Positions 12,420-20,000 of a DNA stretch of 20,000 nt are shown one piece after another. Origin of the DNA: Chiloscyllium plagiosum (taxonomy: Eukaryota). A model generated the notes under the pieces. The model ran no database searches and had not been told where the DNA came from. It worked only from the letters and a program-made list of their open reading frames with translations. Numbering within the stretch: position 1 is the stretch's first letter; each line of letters begins with the position of its first letter. The position numbers and the translations under genes were made by a program. The DNA is taken from contig NC_057718.1 in NCBI RefSeq assembly GCF_004010195.1, forward strand, positions 91,119,923 to 91,139,922, read 5' to 3'.

Positions 12420-12613
12420 TTGCTGGAACAGCACAGCAGGTCAGGCAGCATCCAGGGAACAGGAGATTCGACGTTTCGGGCACAGGCCCTTCTTCAGGGC
12501 CTGTGCCCGAAACGTCGAATCTCCTGTTCCCTGGATGCTGCCTGACCTGCTGTGCTGTTCCAGCAATAAAGTTTCAACTTTGATCTCCAGCATCTGCAGA
12601 CCTCACTTTCTCC
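12420..12613. mobile_element. Palindromic Penelope-derived mini-element (hairpin + tail) with TSD
   Basis: Perfect 71 bp inverted repeat 12420-12490 / 12496-12566 with loop TCTTC, then a ~47 bp tail. Flanked by direct repeat CCTCATCAACTCTTG (12408-12422 and 12612-12626; the ends overlap the element). Confidence 0.88.
12468..12498 (-). ncRNA. Minimal type I hammerhead ribozyme-like motif
   Basis: Minus strand C-CTGAAGA-A-GGGC-CTGT-GCCC-GAAAC-GTC-GA: CUGANGA box, 4 bp stem II, GAAA box, palindromic ACGT stem III, GUC triplet. Stem I is essentially absent (1 bp). Confidence 0.55.
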
Positions 12614-12835
12614 TCATCAACTCTTGTACAACTGCAACATAACCTCCCAACTTCTATACTCAGGGCCCTGACTAAAGTCAGTGTGCCAAAAGCTGTCTTG
12701 ACTACCTTATCTACCTGTGACTCCACTTTCAGAGAACCATGCACTCGAACTCCAAGATCCATCTGTTCCACTACACTCCTTAAGGCCTTACCATTCACCA
12801 TGGAACTCCTGCCTTGATTTGACTTACCAATGCTG

Positions 12836-12919
12836 CCTGGATGCTGCCTGACCTGCTGTGCTGTTCCAGCAATAAAGTTTCAACTTTGATCTCCAGCATC
12901 TGCAGACCTCACTTTCTCC
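12836..12919 (+). mobile_element. Half copy (tail-bearing arm) of the hairpin mini-element
   Basis: 84 bp identical to 12530-12613. Confidence 0.88.
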
Positions 12920-13669
12920 CCCAAGTCTTCATGTCTTTCTCTACAGCAAACAGAGGAGAATTATTCATTGAGGACCTCTTTCGTTTCCTGCAATTCTACA
13001 CGCACATGTCAACTTTGAACCTTGAGGGGCACTAATCTCTCTCTAGTTATTCTTTTTACTTTAATATATTTAAAGAACCTCTCTAAATTCACCCTAATCT
13101 TCTCAGCCAAGGCCATCTCGTGTCCCTTTTTCACTCTCTGGATTCCCTTCTTCAGTACACATTTGTTCCAGGTATCCAAGATGGAGATCTGGAAGAGTAA
13201 GGGGTGAGCTGGAGTCTCTCTGGCTTTCATGTCAGGAAGTCTTGGGATCTGATTTCTACTCGGCAGATGTAAGAATAATACAGGGCATATGAATGAGGTG
13301 AGATTAGTAGTGAGGTTAATAATCTCTATTAAAAAGCCTCTCGCCACTTACTAGAGAGAATCTCATCTCAACAAATGTGACTCATTGCTCCTGACATTGA
13401 GAAGGGCAACACTTGATCCTAATGTAATTCTCCTGAATTTCTCATCATAGTGCATAGTGTTCAGGAGCTATATTCCTGGCCCTTGGTTTAGATGCTTCCA
13501 TCTTCTTCAATAGTGGACACCTCTCTCATCAGTGTTCAGAACTTCCTCTAGGTGTCTGATGTCCTGATCCCTTAGACAGATAGATGTTGGCTGCAAACGT
13601 AATGTGGGGAAGTTCATTTGTGAAGTGGATAAAATGTGTCAATGTCAGAACTGAGCCCTGAGGTGGATT

Positions 13670-13875
13670 AAGTGAGGTCTGCAGATGCTGGAGATAAGAG
13701 CTGAAAATGTGTTGCTGGAAAAGTGCAGCAGGTTAGGCAGCATCCAGGGAACAGGAGAATCGACGTTTCGGGCATAAGCCCTTTCCTGAAGAAGGGCTTA
13801 TGCCCGAAACGTCGATTCTCCTGTTCCCTGGATGCTGCCTGACCTGCTGCGCTTTTCCAGCAACACATTTTCAGC
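13670..13875. mobile_element. Palindromic Penelope-derived mini-element (tail + hairpin) with TSD, second subfamily
   Basis: 84 bp inverted repeat 13700-13783 / 13792-13875 with 2 mismatches, and tail 13670-13699. Flanked by AGCCCTGAGGTGGATT at 13654-13669 and 13873-13888. Confidence 0.9.
13784..13815 (+). ncRNA. Minimal type I hammerhead ribozyme-like motif
   Basis: TC-CTGAAGA(13786-13792)-A-GGGC-TTAT-GCCC-GAAAC(13806-13810)-GTC-GA. 2 bp stem I (TC/GA) and palindromic ACGT. Confidence 0.6.
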
Positions 13876-14605
13876 CCTGAGGTGGATTGTTTTTCCAGGA
13901 GCTCCAGGAATGTTTTCCTTTGGATGCTGATGCCCTCTGAGCAGAAGATCCCCGGTCCATGGTCACCTTTGAATAGGACCAATGACAATTGGTTGAATAG
14001 GTTTGGAGACCATTCTCAATGCAGGTGCTGACTTTTGAGCATTTGATCACAGCAACTACAATTTATCTTTAAACCTGCTTGATAACATTCTGGATTAACG
14101 CAATGGTGAGGGCACTCCCTTTTAGGATAAGCCTCTTAAGTAATCTGTCTATATAAATTGACAGAGAGATGGAGCTGTGACTAAATGGAAGTTGTCTTTT
14201 TCTCATATTTTGGCAAGGCCAATACCTTTGATATGCATTACCACAAAGACAAGTGTGGAGTGCAGGAAATAGATAAAAGGAAGTTTGTCCCATTCAATTT
14301 GTTATGATCCCAGCTGATGGTAATGCTTGACAAGTCAGATTTCAGTGTGAAACCTGGCTTGATATTATTACGCCTCACCAGGGTAATGTGCTGGAAATCG
14401 AGCCCCAGGAATTTTAGTGTCACATCAAAACTTAATGATTTTCAAAGTCATGTAAAACTCTTCAATTTACCTATCTTTTAGACTTAGGTTGACAGAAAGT
14501 ACAAACAAGGTTTCTGTACTTAACAAACATTCAAAGTTTGTGCGAAGATTTGTAGCTCGGGTGCTCGTTGTTGTGGTTCTGTTCGCCGAGCTGGAAGTTT
14601 TTGTT

Positions 14606-14645
14606 GCAAACGTTTCGTCCCCTGGCTAGGCGACATCATCAGTGC
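14606..14645 (-). ncRNA. Second copy of the same hammerhead motif, in the inverted pseudo-LTR
   Basis: Exact reverse complement of 15962-16001. Confidence 0.75.
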
Positions 14646-14877
14646 TTGGGAGCCTCCTGCGAAGCGCTTCTTTGATGTTTCCTCCGGTGTTTATAGTGGT
14701 CTGTCCCTGCCGCTTCCGGTTGTCAGTTTCAGCTTGTCCGCTGTAGTGGTTGGTATATTGGGTCCAGGTCGATGTGTTTGTTGATGGAGTTTGTGGATGA
14801 ATGCCATGCCTCTAGGAATTCCCTGGCTGTTCTCTGTCTGGCTTGCCCTATGATAGTAGTGTTGTCCCAGTCGAATT

Positions 14878-15607
14878 CAGAGAAACAATAGCCACAGACG
14901 TACAGAACAGAAAACAGGATGCTAAACCTATCAACAAAGATGGCATACTTAAACTACTGGACTTGTGCCTCACAACACACTTCACATTCAACAACCAGAT
15001 ATACGAACAAATCAACGGAACACCCATGGGATCACCAATCTCGGGACACATAGCAGAGGCAGTTATGCAAAGGTTAGAACAAACAGTCCTACCACAAATT
15101 CAACACAAACTCTGGGTCAGATATGTCGATGACACGTTCGTAATCATTAAAAACACGGAAATAGAAAAAACACACCGGACCATCAACGCCACACTCACAG
15201 GAATCCAATTCACGAGAGAAGAAGAAAAGGATAGCCAACTCCCATTCCTAGACGTGATGCTACAGAGAACACCAAACGGAGAATTCACTACAAGGGTATA
15301 CAGGAAAGCCACACACACAGACCAAGTCCTAAACTATGAAAGTAACCACCCCAACACACACAAACGAAGCTGCATCAGGACACTATTCAAAAGGGCCACA
15401 ACACACTGAAGTACACCAGAACTACAAAAAGAAGAAGAGGAACACCTATACAAGGTATTCACCAAAAACGGATACCCGCGCAACTTCAACAACAGATGCC
15501 TAAGAGAAAGACCACGGAACGAGGACATACCACAACCAAAAGGACTAGCCACACTACCATACATCAGCAGCATCACGGAACTGACAGCCAGACTACTGCG
15601 ACCCCGA
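14878..15607 (+). pseudogene. Penelope reverse transcriptase (C-terminal palm + thumb), disrupted
   Basis: YEQINGTPMGSPIS, WVRYVDDTF, LPFLDV, VYRKATHTDQVLNYESNHP. In-frame TGA at 15407-15409, after which the frame continues (..FTKNGYP..LATLPYI..). Confidence 0.92.
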
Positions 15608-15981
15608 GGAAACACTATATAGTACAAACAGGAAGACAGCTAACAATCCGCATCCATGAACATCAACTAGCCATGAAACGACACGACCAGCTATCCTTAG
15701 GAGCCACACACGCAGACAACACGGAACACAAATTTGACTGGGGCAACACTACTATCATAGGGCAAGCCAGACAGAGAACAGCCAGGGAATTCCTAGAGGC
15801 ATGGCATTCATCCACAAACTCCATCAACAAACACATCGACCTGGACCCAATATACCAACCACTACAGCGGACAGCTGAAACTGACAACCGGAAGCGGCAG
15901 GGACAGACCACTATAAACACCGGAGGAAACATCAAAGAAGCGCTTCGCAGGAGGCTCCCAAGCACTGATGATGTCGCCTAG
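15608..15981 (+). pseudogene. Penelope GIY-YIG endonuclease, N-terminal (GIY) half missing
   Basis: KHYIVQTGRQLTIRIHEH...HKFDWGNTTII...AREFLEAW..IN. The YIG motif reads YIV and no upstream VY-x-I-x-C motif is present. Stop TAG at 15979-15981. Confidence 0.88.
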
Positions 15982-16001
15982 CCAGGGGACGAAACGTTTG
16001 C
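15962..16001 (+). ncRNA. Minimal hammerhead ribozyme motif in the Penelope pseudo-LTR
   Basis: GCA-CTGATGA(15965-15971)-T-GTCgCCT-AGCC-AGGgGAC-GAAAC(15991-15995)-GTT-TGC. Stem I GCA/TGC, 6 bp stem II with one G.G mismatch, palindromic AACGTT stem III, GUU triplet. Confidence 0.75.
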
Positions 16002-16424
16002 AACAAAAAATTCCAGCTCGGCGAACAGAACCACAACAACTTAACAAACATTCCTATTTATTACAAAGATGTGGATTCTAGCTACAGTTGACCAGTTATG
16101 AACTGTCAACTCTAACCCCTTTATAACTAGCCTCCTGTACACCCATGCAGGGCAAAAAACAGCTGTGGTGGCTGGAGGAAAAGACTGGGAAGGCAGCTCA
16201 ATAGTCCCTGTCTTTGGAGTTCACTGCATAGGTCCTTTGGGCTCCTCAGGATGTGCTGTTTCTTTATTTTCCTATTCCAGATGTTCTCACTGGTGACTAG
16301 TCCAAAGACCAATCAGCTGCTTGTTGGTGGACAAAGTTCGATTCATATGCATCCCTTAGTTTCAGTTCATCTGCAAACCCTCCCCATCTCTGTTGTTTGG
16401 GTGTACAGCACGTATAATGAGATA

Positions 16425-16747
16425 TTTTAAAAATGTATTCATAGGATGTGGTCATTGTTGGCTAGGCCAGCTATTTATTGCTCAACAGTAATTGCTTAGA
16501 AGGTAATTAAGAGTCAACCAGATCGCTGTGGGTCTGGAGTCACATGTAGGCCTTGTATCTTCTCCCAAAGGGCATTTATGAACCAGATGGAGTTTTCTGA
16601 CAAGCACTGATGGTTTCATTTTCATCATTCAACTTTCCATATCTAAATTCCATCACTTGCCATGGCTGGATTTGAACCTGGATGTCCAGATCATTGGCTA
16701 GGTCTCTGGATTCAGTCCAGCTATAATACCACTAGGCTGTCTTCTCC
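16425..16747 (-). mobile_element. tRNA-derived SINE with a 3' tail shared with the CR1/L2-like LINE at 3853-4875
   Basis: Minus-strand head CAGCCTAGTGGTATTATAG...GGTTCAAATCC (A/B boxes). 3' end GCAATAAATAGCTGGCCTAGCCAACAATGACCACATCCTATGAAT resembles LINE end 4800-4870. Confidence 0.8.
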
Positions 16748-16752
16748 TCCAT

Positions 16753-16873
16753 GGAGAAAGTGAAGTCTGCAGATGCTGGTGATTGGAGAGTGTGTTGCTG
16801 GAAAAGCTCAGCAGGTCAGGCATCCGAAGAGCAGGAGAATCGACGTTTCAGGCCAGATCCTGATGAAGGGCTT
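16753..16873. mobile_element. Older, truncated copy of the hairpin mini-element
   Basis: GGAGAAAGTGAAGTCTGCAGATGCTGG tail plus arm ...GAGAATCGACGTTTCAGGC, then the fold-back start CCTGATGAAGGGCTT (CTGATGA at 16860-16866), cut short. Confidence 0.8.
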
Positions 16874-17653
16874 CTTATTTTTTTAAAAACAGTACAGCAA
16901 TCCTTCAAAATCTTTTGATTTTCAAAAGTGTTATTTTCCCCTTTCAGTCCACAAACAAAAATGCTGAAAAATAAAAAAGATATGGTTATTACAAATCAGT
17001 TTATTGTTACTATTTGTTTACCATGATGGTCAGTTACTGAATATAATAATTAGAGCTGCCAATGTGCTTATTACAAAAGAACATCATTTATTACAAACAA
17101 GATGGAAAAAAGGTCTTATACTACATAAGAACTATTTGAAACAATCTTATTATCAATATCAGAAATAAACGTTCCGTCCTTTATCATCAGCAAAGTAAAA
17201 GATGCTCAAGCATCAGTAAAGAGTCACCCTTTTTTCATTTTAAAGTTCCTTGTTCAATGGGAATGAATCCAGTAGATTTCCTGCTGGCAAACTCCTACAT
17301 TCATAATAACATCTTCTTTACATGTCTTTTCATGAGCCCTTTAGCAAGTGACCTTTAGTTAATTCCTTGAACTCATGCATTCAACAGCCTTGCGACTATA
17401 CCTTCCTCTCTGACATCTTAAAATGTTGTGTTTCTAGAGATTTCTCTTACAACCTCCTAAGCTACTCAGGACCTTTTTTTCCTGTCCCAAATGCTTTGGA
17501 GGATGACAACTACTGTACTACTGTTCTTACCAATCTTTTTTTTCTCTGAAATATCTGTGTGTATGTCTCTGAAAGAAACCTGTACTGTACACTGACTGAC
17601 CTTCTGGGTGGTTCTGTCTCTCTTTCTAAAAGAAAAATTGTTTCTGCCTCTGT

Positions 17654-17889
17654 TTCAGCCTCTTGACTCTGTTTCACTATTTAATTAGATCATAACTGAT
17701 CTGTACCTCAACTCTACTTGCCTGCCTTTGATCGCTATCCCGTGATCCCTTTAATCCTTAACAAAGAAAAACGGTCTTGAAACATCCAGTTGAGCTAGGA
17801 CATCTGAGAAAGGAACTCCAGAATTCCATATACTTTGTGAAACAAATGCTTTTTGATTTTACTGCTGACTGGCCTGGCTGTAATTTTAA
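17654..17889 (-). mobile_element. Old CR1 3' end fragment
   Basis: TTCAGCCTCTTG...TAGATCATAACTGATCTGTACCTCAACTC is similar to 10565-10640. Confidence 0.65.
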
Positions 17890-18207
17890 AATTTATTCAT
17901 GGGATATGGGCGTTGCTGGATCTGCCAGCATTTTATACTCATCCCTAATTGCCCCTGAGAGGGTGGCAGTGAGATGCAGTCCTGAACCTCTGCAGTTCAT
18001 TTTTGTAGATACACCCACCATAGGGAGGTTTGATGCTCCAGGATGTTTTTTATCTGGTGACAGTGAAGGGACAGCAATACATTTTCAAGTCAGGATGGTG
18101 ATCTTGGGTGACGTATTCCCATGTATCTGCTGGCCTTGTCCTTCTACAAGTGAGTGATTATGGATTTGGAAGAGTACTGTCTGAGGAATTATGGTGAATT
18201 TCTGCAG
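17886..18207 (-). mobile_element. 3' end of CR1/L2-like LINE (family of 3853-4875)
   Basis: Reverse complement reads ...AGACAGTACTCTTCCAAATCCAT...GCAGATACATGGGAATAC...GGGGCAATTAGGGATG...GCCCATATCCCATGAAT, colinear with 4660-4870. Confidence 0.82.
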
Positions 18208-18888
18208 ATTAAGTTCTTGTCTTCTGGAGTCCCACATGGAATTGACTGGAGCCCTGGAAAAAAGATTCAAATTGCCAATCGTTTGGAAGGAAGTCTTTCA
18301 AGATTACTAGATGGGTTCATTTAAACTCTGTGTAGAATTGCTGTTTGGGGAACACAGCACTATGTGCATATAGCAATTTGATCCTCGGCCTCTGAACTGT
18401 ATTAAAGATTGATTCAGTGCTTCTGCTCCACTCACACCTCCGCCCTCCCCATTTCTCAACCATCAACCCTCATTATTGAGCAGGGATCCTAGGCCACAAA
18501 ATGAGGACAATAATGTTGTCACTCTCCTAATCGCCTGCATACTCTGTGATTGCAAAGTCTCCCTTGGGAGCTAACATAAACCACGGGCTTCTGTGTGATC
18601 AGAAGAAATAATTCATTTTCATTGCAAGGATTACTATTCAGCATACTCTTAAATTGAAAGGCTTTCCCCAAGGGATATTAATCCAAATAAATATTACTCC
18701 AAAGAAATCTAACTTGCAATATAAACATTTATTTATTGAATAACAGTAAATATAACAATATAACCACTGAAAAGCTTTTTGTCTTACACTGATGACACAA
18801 CAAAAACCAATTTCAAAAGAAACAACAATTTATGCAATATGGAAAACGGGATGCTAATTAACATGTTGTTACAGAGATTACGTGCCTT

Positions 18889-19199
18889 CATAGAATCCCT
18901 ACAGTGTGGAAACAGGTCATTTGGCCCAACAGGTCCACACTGACCTTCCAAGAAGTAACCCACACAGACCTATTTCCTAACCCTACATTTCCCCTGACTA
19001 ATGCACCTAACCTAACCTAGACATCTCTGAACACTATGGGCAATTTAGCCAATTCATCTAGCGTGCACATCTTTGGGCGGAGGGAAGCCCACACAGATGT
19101 GGGGAGGATGTGCAAACTCCACACAGACAGCTGCCTGAGACTGGAATCAAACCTAGGTGCCTAGTGCTGTGATGCAGCAGTGCTAACCACGGTCACCAT
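18889..19199 (-). mobile_element. HE1-type SINE, near full length
   Basis: CATAGAATCCCTACAGTGTGGAAACAGG...GTGCAAACTCCACACAGACAG...GGAATCAAACC...GCAGCAGTGCTAACCAC, colinear with 1249-1588. Confidence 0.9.
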
Positions 19200-19764
19200 A
19201 TCTTGACTAATCAAAGTGCATTTGTCAAACAGTCAGCACCCTGTTTCTCAAAAGGTATCAATTATATTTCCTTCTGAAATTTATTATTTTTGTGTCTGTC
19301 CTGACCAGTGCAAGTAAAAAGATTCAATACTTAGTCTCTTTTCTCAACAATACTCAAGTTCTGAACTTTCTGATGATTAAAACAAGATAATGTAAAGTTA
19401 TAGTACTTGCTTTCTTTTCTCAACCTCAGCTGAGATTAGCAGTGCATACAAATGATTCGAAGTGCGGATTACTTGGAATTCTTATCAATTTTCTTCAGCT
19501 GTTATGTGACAAGTGTACACAGGACAATTTTTAAAAGACATTCATAATCCTTGATAAATGGTGCCCTCTCGTGTTGGTAACTTTGGTTCATGCTTTATGA
19601 ATGCTCAACTGGTTAGTGTTTTCTATGCTAATGTCATGGAGGCATGAGGGGCCAGACTTTGGAGTTAAGGGTGATGGCTGCAGGGTTTTGTATGTTAAAA
19701 GTATTTTAATACATTCGTGGGAGCAGGGAAATTTTGGCTAGTTAGTATTTTATTGCCATACATC

Positions 19765-19801
19765 TAGTTATAGAGTCATAGAGGTATGCAGGACAAAACA
19801 G
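19765..19801 (-). mobile_element. HER1/CR1 extreme 3' tail stub
   Basis: TAGTTATAGAGTCATAGAG..ACAG has the same octamer-type tail as ~11850-11890. Confidence 0.55.
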
Positions 19802-20000
19802 GGGGCGGGGCTGAGGACTGGGTGGGCGGGGCCGGTGGTGGGGCGGGGCCGGCCTTGTGGACGGAGTGGGCGGGAATAGGAGGCGGGGCTGAGACCGGCC
19901 GGTGGGCTGGATGCGCGGGCGACCGTGTTTTGTGAGGGCGGGGCTATCGCGAGGGCGGGCCTGGGCCAAGGGCGGGGCGGGGCGGGGGAATTGGGTGGGT
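19801..20000. promoter_or_regulatory. CpG-rich GC-box cluster, probable edge of a CpG island/promoter
   Basis: Abrupt switch to very high GC with many CpGs. Nine GGGCGG hexamers start at 19803, 19824, 19841, 19868, 19936, 19953, 19970, 19975 and 19980, all on the same strand. Confidence 0.6.

Larger units (their letters stand above)
11845..13160 (-). mobile_element. HER1/CR1 LINE, internally deleted and interrupted by two Penelope-derived inserts
   Basis: Tail reads CATAGTGTCATAGAG on + at ~11850. ORF2 C-terminus (EQMDLGVRVHGSLKVESQVDKVVKTAFG) lies within 12614-12830. Pre-RT linker (GHEMALAEKIRVNLERFFKYIKVKRITRERLVPLK) lies within 12920-13160. The RT core between them is absent. Confidence 0.9.
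14533..16040 (+). mobile_element. Penelope-like retroelement (Penelope/Poseidon type), 5'-truncated with an inverted pseudo-LTR
   Basis: RT and GIY-YIG coding remnants. Inverted repeats 14567-14877 / 15731-16040 (3 substitutions + 1 indel counted by eye). 34 bp tail 14533-14566. TSD (AC)TTAACAAACATTC at 14518-14532 and 16039-16053. Confidence 0.95.
14300..16330 (-). mobile_element. Possible old solo-LTR-like repeat hosting the Penelope insertion
   Basis: Starts TGTTATGATCCC (LTR-like TG start) and has TTTATT (minus-strand polyA signal) at 16057-16062. No matching ...CA end or TSD found; the right boundary is a guess. Confidence 0.3.

Noticed and set aside
12420..13875. Hairpin elements as DNA-transposon MITEs, rho-independent terminators or pre-miRNAs
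   Set aside because: The one-sided tail, long TSDs of unrelated sequence, hammerhead boxes and shared layout with the Penelope copy favour a PLE origin. The context is eukaryotic, and the stems are multi-copy and near-perfect.
11175..14030. Unassigned segments 11175-11845 and 13160-14030 as one older element split by the CR1
   Set aside because: Plausible, but no terminal repeats, TSD or protein motif could be shown by eye.
14843..15409. 188 aa ORF as an intact gene
   Set aside because: Its first ~12 codons come from the inverted arm, it lacks the N-terminal RT motifs, and it ends at a premature stop.
12408..16053. CRISPR-like repeat/spacer array
   Set aside because: The direct repeats are pairs of TSDs or dispersed element copies, with no regular spacing and no cas genes.
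16281..16430. Strong splice acceptor TTTCTTTATTTTCCTATTCCAG followed by an ATG frame
   Set aside because: No good donor, unrecognised peptide, and it lies in or next to a probable old repeat.
19742..19969. Pro/Arg-rich 75 aa ORF on the minus strand
   Set aside because: By-product of GC-box repeats; it runs into a CR1 tail stub.

Overview
Repeat-dense, apparently non-coding vertebrate DNA. HE1-type SINEs, HER1/CR1 LINE fragments and Penelope-like elements (PLEs) point to an elasmobranch (shark) genome; this is inferred from repeat families recognised by eye. No intact host gene was recognised, and the only ORFs I could assign a product to are decayed retroelement ORFs. The most notable structures are PLE-related. 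One is a young 1.5 kb Penelope/Poseidon-type insertion (14533-16040) with RT and partial GIY-YIG, ~310 bp inverted terminal repeats, a 34 bp one-sided tail, a 13-15 bp target-site duplication (TSD) and a minimal hammerhead ribozyme motif in each repeat. The other is a separate family of ~200 bp non-coding hairpin elements (12420-12613, 13670-13875; partial copies 12836-12919, 16753-16873). These have the same inverted-repeat + tail + TSD layout and a hammerhead core at the fold-back point. The window ends in a CpG/GC-box-rich, promoter-like segment (19801-20000).
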